In this document: positions 50,685 through 61,155 of the stretch, in pieces
How positions within the stretch are numbered: the first letter of the stretch is position 1
Layout: every line of letters begins with the position of its first letter
Assembly (NCBI GenBank): GCA_963803805.1
Contig: CAWDOD010000002.1
Location: forward strand, 1,184,001-1,248,000
Origin: an uncultured cyanobacterium
Lineage (GTDB): Bacteria > Cyanobacteriota > Cyanobacteriia > Cyanobacteriales > CAWCAG01
DNA: 64,000 nucleotides
Direction of reading: 5' to 3'
Program-made: the position numbers and the translations under genes
The notes under the pieces: model-generated
Seen by the model: the letters and a program-made list of their open reading frames with translations, nothing else
Database searches by the model: none
Told to the model about the DNA's origin: nothing

Positions 50685-50918
50685 ATGAAATTAAAGTCCC
50701 TTGAATTGTTACTAATACTTGGTTTAGCAAGCACAACCATGGTGGCTTGTGATGCCGGAACCGACGAGGAGACGGAACAACCAGCAGAAGAGGAAACTGT
50801 TGAAGAGATACCAGCAGAAGAGGAAACTGTTGAAGAGACACCAGCAGAAGAGGAGACTGTTGAAGAGGAGACACCAGCAGAAGAGGAGACTGAAGGCGGC
50901 GAAGGCGGCGAAGGCTAA
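50685..50918 (+). CDS. Small acidic lipoprotein with PAEEETVEE repeats
   Basis: GAGGAG RBS; lipobox MVA-C; 30-bp tandem repeats at 50781, 50811, 50841 and 50874. Confidence 0.75.
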   Translation: MKLKSLELLLILGLASTTMVACDAGTDEETEQPAEEETVEEIPAEEETVEETPAEEETVEEETPAEEETEGGEGGEG

Positions 50919-50970
50919 TTAAGTCCTTGGTAAATCTGTCCCATAACAAACCAAAGTACTTTTTCTTGTA

Positions 50971-51040
50971 AAAGAGAGGAAAGTTTGATTAACCGAAAGT
51001 TAGGCATAAGGCCTATACTCAAATCAGACTTCCTCTCTTT
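50971..51040. terminator. Long stem-loop downstream of the lipoprotein gene
   Basis: AAAGAGAGGA(A)AGTTTGATT / AATCAGACTTCCTCTCTTT. Confidence 0.45.
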
Positions 51041-51075
51041 GTTAATTGAAAAAGATTTCTAGGCTAGCATGAATC

Positions 51076-51630
51076 ATGATTGTGGAATCTGAACAAGTTG
51101 GGTTAATAATTAAGGCTCTTGATTTTGCTGCTCACAAGCACCTAGATCAGCGTCGCAAAGGTGAAGAGGCTGCTCCCTATATCAATCATCCTATTGCCTT
51201 AGCCAACTTGTTATGGAATGTAGCTAGCGTCCAAGATCCTGTGGTTGTAACTGCGGCCTTACTCCACGATACCGTAGAAGATACTGATACAACCTTTCAA
51301 GAATTAGCAGCAGAATTTGGTCAAGAAGTAGAAAACTTGGTGAAAGAAGTAACTGACGATAAGTCTCTTCCTAAGCCAAAACGCAAGCAAATGCAAGTAG
51401 AACACGCTGCTCATCTTAGCCAAAAAGCTAAACTTATTAAGTTAGCTGATAAAATTTCTAATCTCAGAGATATGATTGTTCATCCTCCTGCTGATTGGTC
51501 AAAAGAGCGTCAACTAGAATACTTTCACTGGGGAAAACAAGTTATTGATCGCTTACGAGGATCTCATACAGAATTAGAGAAAATTTTTGATCAGGTATAT
51601 CAGCAAGGGATAAAAGAACTAGCAGATTAA
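51076..51630 (+). CDS. Stand-alone HD hydrolase (Mesh1 / small alarmone hydrolase-like)
   Basis: H..QRRK, PYINHP, LLHDTVEDT and KLADK..NL. Confidence 0.88.
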   Translation: MIVESEQVGLIIKALDFAAHKHLDQRRKGEEAAPYINHPIALANLLWNVASVQDPVVVTAALLHDTVEDTDTTFQELAAEFGQEVENLVKEVTDDKSLPKPKRKQMQVEHAAHLSQKAKLIKLADKISNLRDMIVHPPADWSKERQLEYFHWGKQVIDRLRGSHTELEKIFDQVYQQGIKELAD

Positions 51631-51788
51631 AAAATTTTGAGTTGCTGCTCACCCCTACATTCAATAACTGACTAAAACCTGAGTGTAAACTAGAGTTAGA
51701 CAACCAACCCAACGAGTAGGCTAGCTTATGATCTAAGCCTGCACTCCACTAACTTAAAACTTGTACACTCCAATAGGATAAATACGTT

Positions 51789-52553
51789 ATGGGATTATTT
51801 GATCGCCTTAGTCGAGTTGTTAGAGCCAATCTTAACGATGTGGTCAGTAAAGCAGAAGATCCAGAAAAGATTCTCGAACAAAGTATCATTGATATGCAAG
51901 AAGACCTAATCCAACTGCGTCAAGCAGTAGCTAGGGCCATTGCAACTCAAAAACGTACCGAACAGCAACATAATAAAAATCAAGAAGAAGCCAACAGGTG
52001 GCAACAAAGGGCCCAGTTAGCACTAACTAAAGGTGATGAAAACTTGGCTAGGGAAGCCTTAAGCCGGAAAAAAAGCTATGTGGAAACTGCTGGCGCTTTA
52101 AAAGGTCAGTTAGAGCAGCAAAATGGTCAGGTAGCAACCTTAAAGCGTAACCTCATTGCCCTAGAAAGTAAGATTTCTGAAGCTAAAACCAAGAAGGATA
52201 TGCTGAAAGCGAGGGTAAGCGCAGCAAAAGCTAATGAGCAGTTACAAGGGGCTATTAGCAACATGAATACTAGCGGCTCTATGGCTGCTTTTGAGCGCAT
52301 GGAAGAAAAAGTCCTGGAAATGGAAGCACGCTCTGCGGCGGTTGGCGAGTTAGCGGGTAGCGGGTTGGAAGGGCAGTTTGCTCAACTTGAGTCTGGTAGT
52401 GATGTTGATGATGAACTTGCAGCTATGAAAGCTCAATTAACTGGCGCACCGGCCCCTCAAGCTTTACCTCCCGGCTCAGCACAATCCTCTCCCTCAGCAG
52501 ATTCAGAAGTTGATGCAGAGTTGGAATCTTTACGTAAGCAACTCGATCAGTAA
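51789..52553 (+). CDS. vipp1: Vipp1/IM30 (PspA family)
   Basis: MGLFDR..RVVRANLN, AEDPEKILEQ and an extra C-terminal helix after a P/S-rich linker. Confidence 0.9.
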   Translation: MGLFDRLSRVVRANLNDVVSKAEDPEKILEQSIIDMQEDLIQLRQAVARAIATQKRTEQQHNKNQEEANRWQQRAQLALTKGDENLAREALSRKKSYVETAGALKGQLEQQNGQVATLKRNLIALESKISEAKTKKDMLKARVSAAKANEQLQGAISNMNTSGSMAAFERMEEKVLEMEARSAAVGELAGSGLEGQFAQLESGSDVDDELAAMKAQLTGAPAPQALPPGSAQSSPSADSEVDAELESLRKQLDQ

Positions 52554-52811
52554 CAAGATGATAGCGAGGAGTCATTTGCCATTTAGCTAATAGCTATTAG
52601 CCAATTTCCTATTAGCTATTAGCTATTAGCTACATATAGCCCCAAACTTAGTAGAAATTGCCCCTTGACTCCCTTGCCGAAAAAGCTGAGACTTATTTAC
52701 AGCAAAAAAAGTTTAATAATTAACTATATTGCCCAGCCAATTTTAAAATTTGCCCTAGATTAGGGGCAATTTGTTGTCATAGGCCATTTTAAATTAGGTT
52801 AAATAAATATT

Positions 52812-53138
52812 GTGAGTAACGTAATTGAAATTGATGATTCTCGGTTTGATCAAGAGGTTTTTACCGCTGATAAACCTGTTTTAGTTTATTTTTGGGCTGA
52901 TTGGTGTGGCCCTTGTCGCCTAGTTTCTCCTTCAGTGCAATGGGTTGCAGATAATTATAATGAGGCTTTAAAGGTTATAAAAATGGAGGTAGATAGTAGC
53001 CCTGAATCTGTAGCTAAGTGTGGTGTAGAAGGAGTTCCTGCACTAAGGCTTTATAAAAATAATCAAATAGTTAAGTCTCACGAGGGGGCGATCGGCAAGC
53101 AAGCATTACAACAGTTGCTAGAAAGCGGACTTGAGTAA
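52812..53138 (+). CDS. Thioredoxin
   Basis: WCGPC active site. Confidence 0.93.
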   Translation: MSNVIEIDDSRFDQEVFTADKPVLVYFWADWCGPCRLVSPSVQWVADNYNEALKVIKMEVDSSPESVAKCGVEGVPALRLYKNNQIVKSHEGAIGKQALQQLLESGLE

Positions 53139-53185
53139 TAATACTCATTTTCCATCCCCCTGCTCCCTGCTTCCTTTTATAAATA

Positions 53186-54370
53186 ATGATACAATTTGCT
53201 GAGCGTTTGAAAGCTTTGCAGAGCAATGTTTTTGCTGACATGGACTTGGCAAAGGCTCAAGCAAAAGCTTCCGGAAAAGAAATTATAGATCTCTCGTTGG
53301 GTTCTTCTGATTTGCCAGCGCCGGAGATGGCGATCGCGGCGATGGAAAAATCCTTGCGGGAGACTAGCACCCACGGTTATGCTCTTTTCCAAAGTACTCA
53401 AGCCTTTCGCCAAGCAGCAGCAAGTTGGTATACCAAAAGATATGGGGTAGAAATTAACCCGGAAACCGAAGTATTGAGCTTGATTGGTTGTCAGGAAGGT
53501 ACAGCTCATTTACCTTTAGCTTTGCTTAACCCAGGAGATTACGCCCTTCTGCAAGATCCTGGCTATCCTTCCCATGCTGGAGGAGTTGCTTTGGCTGGAG
53601 GGGAAATTTATCCCATGGCTTTAAGGGAAGAAAATCAGTTTTTACCAGTATTCGAGGAAATTCCTGCCGCCATTTTAGACCAGTCGCGGCTAATGGTCTT
53701 GAGTTATCCCCATAATCCTACTACAGCAGTTGCCTCTTTAGGCTTTTTTCAGTCAGCAGTAGCTTTTTGCCGTCAACATAATCTTGTTTTAGTTCACGAT
53801 TTTCCCTACGCCGATATCGTTTTCCCTGGTACTGCGACTCCCCCTTCTATTTTGCAAGCAGACCCCTACAAAGAAGTGTCTCTAGAGTTTTTCACCTTTT
53901 CTAAATCCTATAATATGGGTGGCTTTCGCGTTGGTTACGCTGTGGGCAATCAACAGTTAATCAAGGCTTTACGTCAGGTTAAATCTGTCATTGATTTTAA
54001 TCAATATAGAGGCATTTTAAATGGCGCGATCGCCGCTTTAGAAAGTTCTCAAGAAATTGTTCAGGCTACAGTAGAAACTTTTAGGCAGCGACGGGATATT
54101 TTTGTTCAAGCTTTAGGAGAAATTGGTTGGTCAGTACCTTCTCCTCCGGCAACAATGTATATTTGGGCAAAATTACCGAAAGAATACTCTGAGGAGTCCG
54201 TAAAATTTTGTACTAAGTTGGTGCAGCAAACCGGGGTGGCAGTTTCTCCTGGCGCTGGTTTTGGCAAAGCTGGTGAGGGCTACATCCGTTTTGCGTTAGT
54301 AAGAGAACCAGAGATTTTGCAAACAGCAGCTCAAAGAATAGCAGCATTTTTAGCTAAAGAAGACGTATAA
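53186..54370 (+). CDS. Class I PLP aminotransferase (LL-diaminopimelate aminotransferase-like)
   Basis: YPHNPT, HDFPY and SKSYNMGGFRVG. Confidence 0.85.
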   Translation: MIQFAERLKALQSNVFADMDLAKAQAKASGKEIIDLSLGSSDLPAPEMAIAAMEKSLRETSTHGYALFQSTQAFRQAAASWYTKRYGVEINPETEVLSLIGCQEGTAHLPLALLNPGDYALLQDPGYPSHAGGVALAGGEIYPMALREENQFLPVFEEIPAAILDQSRLMVLSYPHNPTTAVASLGFFQSAVAFCRQHNLVLVHDFPYADIVFPGTATPPSILQADPYKEVSLEFFTFSKSYNMGGFRVGYAVGNQQLIKALRQVKSVIDFNQYRGILNGAIAALESSQEIVQATVETFRQRRDIFVQALGEIGWSVPSPPATMYIWAKLPKEYSEESVKFCTKLVQQTGVAVSPGAGFGKAGEGYIRFALVREPEILQTAAQRIAAFLAKEDV

Positions 54371-54696
54371 AATTATATATAAAAATACGTATCGTATCTT
54401 CAATTATAAAGAAGAAAATACATATATCTCTTCCTCTGGTAGTATACAGAACTTGTATCATCTGCTTAAATCGTAGAAGTTGTCATCTACGCTATTTAGC
54501 CTAAGCGAAACGGCTTAGATGAAAGTAAAACTTTGCGGCTTAGTGTTTAAGTTGCTAATCAGCCCAAGATAAAGGCAATCAACAACTAGTATTTAACCCA
54601 TGTTTGTCTAAGCTAAATGATGCAGACAACGTCAAGAGTGATTCAATTATTAATTCTAGATAACAAACGGCTGAAGTAACGGGGGAAACTCAATAC

Positions 54697-55638
54697 ATGA
54701 AAGATAAAATAAAAATACTACTAGGAGCCTCAGTAATTGCTGGTATAGCGGCAACTACTTCTCCAGCATCCGCAGCAAGTATAAAAATTCTTGGCACAGA
54801 TTATTTTCTTTACGAAGCTATTGATACTGATTTAGATGGTATCCCTGACAAAACCAGACTCAACAACGATGCAGACGTAGAAGAGGTAGTAAAGGGAACC
54901 TGTACCATTGAGGGAGGGGCAGTTAAAGTCTGTGCTGATGGCAGTCCTGGAGGTAACATTGAGTTATTTGCCAGTAGTGAAAAAGGAGAGTTTAAAGATC
55001 CAGATGCTTTCAACAATGTTGAACCCACTAGCATAGTGAAAACCTTTGATGATGGTACAGAGGTAAAACTAAGTAGTCTGACAGGGAGAGATTGGTTTGA
55101 AACTCCAGATGGCGTGATCGAAATGAGTTGTCAAAAAGATAACTTAATCGGCAGGTGGTTTGAGGAAGCTTTAAATTCCGATGGCGGAGTTTTGCAAGGG
55201 CGAATAGTAGCTTTAGGTGCAAGCACCCAAGAAGCTTGTCAACAGTTTATTACTTTAGGTGGCCCTCAGCGTTTAAGTGACCCGAACATTTCCTACGTTA
55301 ATAAGGTAGGGGAGAACATTATTGTTGGCTTAGCTGGCCATTTTGATGCAGGGAACGCCTTTGAAATAGGGACTCTACCTAGCCGGCTATTTGCAGGAAT
55401 CCAGCTTAGTGAATTGGTGAAAGCAGAGTTTGGTAAAACGGAAATTCTCTACAGCTTTGACGCTTTTGCATCAGGTTTAGTAGAAGAAGGAGATAACCTA
55501 TCTCAAACAGGAGAATATGAAGTAGATCCAACAATCGCCACAGTAGCAGTAGAAAAGGTTCCTGAACCCTCAGCAATGTTAGGTTTATTCGCCGTAGGCA
55601 GTTTGCTTTTCGCTACAGGTAAACAGAAAAAGAAATAA
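54697..55638 (+). CDS. PEP-CTERM sorted surface protein
   Basis: Signal peptide; VPEPS, TM helix and basic tail KQKKK. Confidence 0.9.
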   Translation: MKDKIKILLGASVIAGIAATTSPASAASIKILGTDYFLYEAIDTDLDGIPDKTRLNNDADVEEVVKGTCTIEGGAVKVCADGSPGGNIELFASSEKGEFKDPDAFNNVEPTSIVKTFDDGTEVKLSSLTGRDWFETPDGVIEMSCQKDNLIGRWFEEALNSDGGVLQGRIVALGASTQEACQQFITLGGPQRLSDPNISYVNKVGENIIVGLAGHFDAGNAFEIGTLPSRLFAGIQLSELVKAEFGKTEILYSFDAFASGLVEEGDNLSQTGEYEVDPTIATVAVEKVPEPSAMLGLFAVGSLLFATGKQKKK

Positions 55639-55671
55639 AAGTTTTTTCAAGTTTGACAACATATCAGGGTT

Positions 55672-55700
55672 AAAGGGGGTTTTCGACTCCCTTTTTTTTT
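55672..55700 (+). terminator. Intrinsic terminator
   Basis: AAAGGGGGT-TTTCG-ACTCCC-T9. Confidence 0.75.
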
Positions 55701-56369
55701 ATGACTATAGATACAATACTTGTACCGAAAGGGGCAGAATATCAAGCTGTTTGCCGAGGTTTGCAGGGGATTTCTCCTCAACCATTGGTTTTATCCCTTC
55801 CTATTGGCATTATTCCTGTCACTACTTACTTGCAACAATGGCAAAAAAATCACATTATGCCAGAAAAAGTTTTATTGGTAGGACTTTGTGGCAGTTTGTT
55901 ACCTAATTATCAAGTAGGGGATTTGGTTTTCTATGAAAAGTGCCTTTATTATGATGAAAAGTTTCAGTGGCAGACCAAAAATTGCGATCGCCCCTTAACT
56001 ACTCAGCTAAGGCAAAGATTAGAGAGAAAAGTTTCTTTGGTTACAAGTGTGACTAGCGATCACACCATCTCCTCAGCTAAGGAGAAACAGCAATTAGGTA
56101 GATCATCTCAAGCTGCGGTGGTAGATATGGAAGGTTTTGCCGTTTTGACTAGTTTGCCAACTAGGGTAGCTATGTTGCGAATTGTGAGCGATGATTGTAT
56201 CCAGGATTTACCTGACTTAACAGGGGCAATTAGTACAGAAGGAAAATTGCTTCCTTTACCTTTAACCATAGCTATGTTAAGCCAACCTTTAGCTGCTACA
56301 AGGTTAATTCGTGGTTCTCTCAAGGGATTACAAGCTTTACAAAAGGCGATCGCTTCTTTATTTCTTTAG
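55701..56369 (+). CDS. Nucleoside phosphorylase family protein (HpnG / MTA-SAH nucleosidase-like)
   Basis: GLCGSL, VVDMEG and RIVSD. Confidence 0.75.
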   Translation: MTIDTILVPKGAEYQAVCRGLQGISPQPLVLSLPIGIIPVTTYLQQWQKNHIMPEKVLLVGLCGSLLPNYQVGDLVFYEKCLYYDEKFQWQTKNCDRPLTTQLRQRLERKVSLVTSVTSDHTISSAKEKQQLGRSSQAAVVDMEGFAVLTSLPTRVAMLRIVSDDCIQDLPDLTGAISTEGKLLPLPLTIAMLSQPLAATRLIRGSLKGLQALQKAIASLFL

Positions 56370-57169
56370 TTGCGGTACTGCTGTACTTTTGTTACAGATA
56401 GGTTTAAAGCTTCTGCTACTTGCTCTAAACTCAATCCTGTTGCTAACATCTGGTTAATGGCTTTTCCTAAAGCTGATTCTGCTTGTTCAGCCCTTTGGTG
56501 TTCTTGTTCAGCCCTTTCTGCTGGGGTAGCTATCCAACCCCTATGAGGATCATACCACCGTAACCACAACCCTGTAGTTCCAGCAAAGCTACCTTCCCAT
56601 AACCCTAAGCCTAGACATAACTCTTCCAACCATAGTTTCCTATCAGGCAAAAGCAAGGATTGATAACTAGTTCCCTCCAAGCGAAAGGCCTGTAACCGAT
56701 TTTCATAGCGGTCATAAACTACATAGTAAGGAATTCTCAAAATACGTTCATAAACTTCCCATTTAGTGGGAGGTTTATCTACTTGCTGCAAAGTTTGTCC
56801 TAAATCCTCTGCTTCAGTGCCAGGAGAAAGCAATTCTACTACCAATAAAGGATTTCTTCCTTCTTGCCAAGTAACGTAACTAAGACGGAGTTGCCCCTGC
56901 TGTTCATAGCGTGGTACTCCTGTTACTATAAACCAGTCAGGACGTTTATACCAGAGAGTATGCTGAGAGTCATAATAAAGATTGAGGTCACTGCCAACAA
57001 AGACTTCCTCTAGCGGTTGATTAACAGGAAAACAGGTTTGGCTAAGTAAATCCCCTTGAAGGCGATGAAATTCGTCTGGCAAACCTGATTCTCCTATCTC
57101 TTCGCTAGGGAGATCATACATCGTTGGCAGCACTTCTTGAGGCGGGCGGGGAGGTTGAGGTTGATACAT
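56366..57169 (-). CDS. Uma2 family putative endonuclease
   Basis: LPTMYDLPSE, DLNLYY, RPDWF, VELLSPGT and LWLRWYD. Confidence 0.88.
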   Translation of the reverse strand: MYQPQPPRPPQEVLPTMYDLPSEEIGESGLPDEFHRLQGDLLSQTCFPVNQPLEEVFVGSDLNLYYDSQHTLWYKRPDWFIVTGVPRYEQQGQLRLSYVTWQEGRNPLLVVELLSPGTEAEDLGQTLQQVDKPPTKWEVYERILRIPYYVVYDRYENRLQAFRLEGTSYQSLLLPDRKLWLEELCLGLGLWEGSFAGTTGLWLRWYDPHRGWIATPAERAEQEHQRAEQAESALGKAINQMLATGLSLEQVAEALNLSVTKVQQYRN

Positions 57170-57355
57170 TTTCTCAGCAAATGATCTTTGGAGATAATAT
57201 TTGGTACTTTTATACTATTACTTTCTCCAGCAATAATTCATTTAAGAGAGAACCAAGAAAAGACTTATCCAAAAGCGATAAGTTAATGGCTAGTTGCTAG
57301 TTGCTAGTTGCTAAAATCTTATACTTTGTGAGGATATTTTATTTATTGGAGTTCT

Positions 57356-57862
57356 CTAAGCTGTGCCAAACTGTTCTTGAAGAGTTTCGTCGTTGTCGTC
57401 AGCAATTGTTGCTACTACAGTAATGGCGCGGGAAATTTCTCCTGGTGAAAGTTCTGCTACTGTTCGTTGAAAAAGTACGACAACTTGATTATCAACAAGA
57501 CCAAAACAGGATTCAAATGTTTCTGACCAGTTCATTTCTAAAAGTTTACGCATCAAGCCGCTTTCGTCTTTAACTGGCAAGTTTAGTACCGATGACCAAA
57601 CCGTAAGTAAATCTTCTTCAGTCTCTCCGGTCAGCCTTACAAACACCTCTACAGAGCCATACTTAAATTTCCAGAGGTGACCATTTTCATTTTTGCTCAC
57701 CATGGCACTATCATCTTGCTCTAGACTAGAAATAACAGTTTCAATTACTTCAGCATGGGTAGCAGCTATACCATCTTCTAGTAGTACTTCATTAGCTAGG
57801 GCTTCTTCTGCGGATATAGTACCGTCGGTGAGGCTTTCTGTACTCAGGTTAGGTTTGTTCAT
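57356..57862 (-). CDS. YbjN-domain (CesT-like chaperone fold) protein
   Basis: WKFKYGSVEVFV, LLEMNW, LSPGEISRAIT..ATIADD; GGAG RBS before the ATG at 57862. Confidence 0.75.
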   Translation of the reverse strand: MNKPNLSTESLTDGTISAEEALANEVLLEDGIAATHAEVIETVISSLEQDDSAMVSKNENGHLWKFKYGSVEVFVRLTGETEEDLLTVWSSVLNLPVKDESGLMRKLLEMNWSETFESCFGLVDNQVVVLFQRTVAELSPGEISRAITVVATIADDNDETLQEQFGTA

Positions 57863-58100
57863 GGGGAACTCTTCTCCATTTGCGTATATAAGTGGTTGCT
57901 GCAAGATTCTTTCATTATTTAACTTAGCTGTTTTGGTACTAAGTTAGGTAAAATTTTTGGAGCAAACATATATTTGTAAACAAGCCAAAGATAACTCAAA
58001 TCTAGACAACAGAGCAAACCCCTTTGGTACAGCTATATACAAGGTTATATCAATTTTGCTTCTAAGAATAAATAGTTTTAGAAGCAGATTTCAGATTTTA

Positions 58101-58172
58101 TGGGTCGCCTGGGATTTGAACCCAGAACAAATCGGTTAAAAGCCGAGTACTCTACCGTTGAGCTAGCGACCC
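58101..58172 (-). tRNA. trnK: tRNA-Lys(UUU)
   Basis: GGGTCGC/GCGACCC acceptor stem, TCGG-CTTTTAA-CCGA anticodon arm and GTTCAAATC T-loop. Confidence 0.95.
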
Positions 58173-58337
58173 GTAAATTTTTAGTGAACAACCGCACAGT
58201 TAACCATGGTAACACAAAATGTTTAATCTTGATATTATAGCTTTTCTCTATTGGTTAAATTTAACGCCATAACATACATAAACGCAAACATACATTCTGC
58301 ATACTATGAAATAATGAACTTTGCTTAACACATACTA

Positions 58338-58586
58338 ATGAACTCTGAAGCCATTATTCAAAAACTAAAATTCAGTTGCATCACTATGGTTTCCCATGAA
58401 TTGCGTAGTCCCTTAACGAGTATTCTTTCTGCGGCGGAACTTTTGCAATACTACAGTCAAAACTGGACTGAAGAAAAAAAACTTAAGTACCTCCAGCAAA
58501 TTCAAGAATCAGCTATAGAAATCACTAACATACTCAATACCACAGAGTTCGACAGCATTGGCGTGGATTTTGGAATGTTGAAGTAG
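58338..58586 (+). CDS. Stand-alone HisKA (DHp) domain protein
   Basis: VSHELRSPL H-box; no ATPase or sensor domain. Confidence 0.75.
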   Translation: MNSEAIIQKLKFSCITMVSHELRSPLTSILSAAELLQYYSQNWTEEKKLKYLQQIQESAIEITNILNTTEFDSIGVDFGMLK

Positions 58587-58588
58587 TG

Positions 58589-58612
58589 AAGGGGGGCTAT
58601 GCCCCCCTTTTT
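58589..58612. terminator. Terminator hairpin between convergent genes
   Basis: AAGGGGGGC-TAT-GCCCCCCTTTTT. Confidence 0.8.
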
Positions 58613-58688
58613 ACCTAATCTTAATTTTGCTCACCAAGTCTTTTAGTTTCTAAGGTAGAAGGTATTAAGAAATAAGTTCGCATTGAAG

Positions 58689-59873
58689 CTAACGATCTAC
58701 TGACCCCATAATTACGTCTATGCTGCCCAGAATCGCCATAATATCAGCAACCTTGACTCCTTTCAAAAGTTTAGGTAGGATTTGCAGGTTATTGAAGTCT
58801 GGCGCACGGATCTTCCAACGCCAAGGAAAGACGTTATCTTGACCAACAATAAAGATTCCTAATTCACCCTTGCCGCTTTCTAAGCGTACATAATGTTCGC
58901 CTTCAGGAATTTTGAAAGTAGGGGCAACTTTTTTGGCAATATATTGGTACTCAAAGTCATTCCATTTTGACTTCTTTCCTTCTGCCATACGCTTTGCTTC
59001 TAAGTTTTCGTAGGGGCCTCCTGGCAATCCTTTTAAAGCTTGGCGGATAATTTTCACTGACTCGCGCATTTCCCGAATTCTAATGATGTAACGGGCAAAG
59101 CAGTCTCCACCAGTGTCCCAATGAACTTCCCAATCAAAGTCATCGTAGCATTCGTAGTGGTCAACTTTACGCAAATCCCACTTAACCCCAGAAGCCCGCA
59201 ACATAGGGCCAGAAAGTCCCCAATTAATTGCTTCGTCACGGGTAATTGTCCCTACCCCTTCAACACGGCGACGGAATATGGGGTTATCGGTGATTAACTT
59301 CTCATACTCATCAACTTTTTCATCGAAGTAGTCGCAGAAGTCTTCGCATTTATCGATCCAACCATAGGGTAAATCTACAGCAACTCCACCAATACGAAAA
59401 TAGTTGTTATTGATTAGTCGCTGTCCGGTGGCAGCTTCCCATAAATCATAAATCATCTCCCGTTCTCGGAAAATGTAGAAAAAGGGAGTTTGCGCCCCAA
59501 CATCAGCCATAAAAGGGCCAAGCCATAATAGATGGTTGGCAATACGGTTGAGTTCCAACATGATAACGCGAATATATTGAGCGCGTTTAGGAACTTCAAT
59601 GTCTGCTAATTGTTCTGGGGCATTAACAGTGATGGCTTCGTTAAACATTCCTGCCGCGTAGTCCCAACGACTAACATAGGGAACGTACATAACATTCGTG
59701 CGATTTTCGGCAATTTTCTCCATCCCTCTATGCAGATAGCCGATGACAGGTTCACAATCAATGACATCTTCCCCGTCTAGGGTGACAATTAATCGCAAAA
59801 CACCGTGCATCGAGGGGTGATGAGGACCCATGTTAAGTACCATGGGTTCGGTTCTAGTTTCAATTTGTGCCAT
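58689..59873 (-). CDS. ndhH: NAD(P)H-quinone oxidoreductase subunit H
   Basis: [24 protein letters not shown] and [12 protein letters not shown]. Confidence 0.98.
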   Translation of the reverse strand: MAQIETRTEPMVLNMGPHHPSMHGVLRLIVTLDGEDVIDCEPVIGYLHRGMEKIAENRTNVMYVPYVSRWDYAAGMFNEAITVNAPEQLADIEVPKRAQYIRVIMLELNRIANHLLWLGPFMADVGAQTPFFYIFREREMIYDLWEAATGQRLINNNYFRIGGVAVDLPYGWIDKCEDFCDYFDEKVDEYEKLITDNPIFRRRVEGVGTITRDEAINWGLSGPMLRASGVKWDLRKVDHYECYDDFDWEVHWDTGGDCFARYIIRIREMRESVKIIRQALKGLPGGPYENLEAKRMAEGKKSKWNDFEYQYIAKKVAPTFKIPEGEHYVRLESGKGELGIFIVGQDNVFPWRWKIRAPDFNNLQILPKLLKGVKVADIMAILGSIDVIMGSVDR

Positions 59874-60254
59874 AGATAGGCAATCTCTCCCTCTTTAAAA
59901 CTCTTGCAGGTGGACTCGCTAACCTTAGTCTTGCTTTACTAATTATAGAGAAGAGGGTAACAGAATTTATGTATTGATTGCTTCTACACTTAATTTTTCC
60001 CATGATTGAGGGACTTTAGTTAAACTTCTAACAGAGTAATACTTGTACTTCAAAAGAAGAAGTTTTTTATATAAAAAATGGGATTTTGGATTTTCTTATA
60101 TAACTAGAACTTATGTGGTAGATTAAATTTCTAGTTTTGTAGTTACTTTCAGCATTCAAAAGTGATTTTGGGGAATAATAAAAAAGTTGCTTTTCATTAA
60201 GTATCTACTACTGCTTTACCAACTACTAATTTACATCAAGAGGTTAGCATTACT

Positions 60255-61058
60255 ATGTTGTTGCAAAAAATCAAACAAAAAGTTAAACGCAAGTTAAACT
60301 TTCAGAGTAAAAAACAAAACCCTTCTTTTGCAATTAAACCAGATGATATTTTTATTGTTTCTTATCCTAAATCTGGAAATACTTGGGTCCGCTTTTTGTT
60401 TGCTAACCTAATTAAACCTGATTCTGTACCTTTAATTAATTTTCACAATGTTCATGATTATTGTCCAGATGATAGTAATCTTAGTGAAGAAGTAAAGGCA
60501 CTTCCCTCTCCTCGCTTAATAAAAAGCCATCAAAGTTTCAATCCTAGTTTTCCCAAGGTTATTTATATAGTTAGGGATGGGCGGGATGTTTATATTTCTT
60601 ACTTCCACTACTTAAAACAATCTTTACCACCAAACTGCTCTTTGAAAGATTTCTTAGCAGACAATACTAGTCCTTTCGGTAGTTGGTCTGATCATATTAA
60701 GTCTTGGCTTAATGCTAAAAATAGGAATGAAGATAATTTTTTACTGGTTCGCTATGAAGATTTGCTACAAGACCCTTTTTCTACTTTTAAAAAGATGGCT
60801 GAGTTTGCAGGTTTTGAAGCTAGTTCACAACAAATAGCCAGCGCGGTAGGAAATTCTAGTTTTGTCCATATGCAAAACATTGAGAGGAAATATGGCAGAA
60901 AGTATAGTAATGACAGTGCAGATTCTTTTGTCAGAAAAGGTCAGTCAGGAGAATGGAGAGAATGTTTTGGTCAAGCAGAGTGGGAAGTTTTTCTAGATAA
61001 AGAAGATAAAAATTTATTAGAAAAGTTAGGGTATACAGTGCCTGAATCGATTATTTAA
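60255..61058 (+). CDS. PAPS-dependent sulfotransferase (Sulfotransfer_1)
   Basis: SYPKSGNTW, IKSH, RDGRDV..S, RYEDL and RKG..GEW. Confidence 0.92.
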   Translation: MLLQKIKQKVKRKLNFQSKKQNPSFAIKPDDIFIVSYPKSGNTWVRFLFANLIKPDSVPLINFHNVHDYCPDDSNLSEEVKALPSPRLIKSHQSFNPSFPKVIYIVRDGRDVYISYFHYLKQSLPPNCSLKDFLADNTSPFGSWSDHIKSWLNAKNRNEDNFLLVRYEDLLQDPFSTFKKMAEFAGFEASSQQIASAVGNSSFVHMQNIERKYGRKYSNDSADSFVRKGQSGEWRECFGQAEWEVFLDKEDKNLLEKLGYTVPESII

Positions 61059-61155
61059 AAAAAAGCAAATTGTGCTTGTGATTAAGTTTTTTGGGGTTGG
61101 TAGCTGAGTGAAATTGTTAGCTGTCAGCCACAATTTTAAACATATTAGTTAAGTA

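Noticed and set aside
50632-50949. Antisense 105-aa ORF and the other 60-110 aa ORFs overlapping real genes
   Set aside because: Shadow frames of well-supported genes with no motifs.
14349-57169. Three Uma2 genes and the DUF433/DUF5615 pair as a defence island
   Set aside because: Dispersed, and these families are routinely expanded in cyanobacteria.
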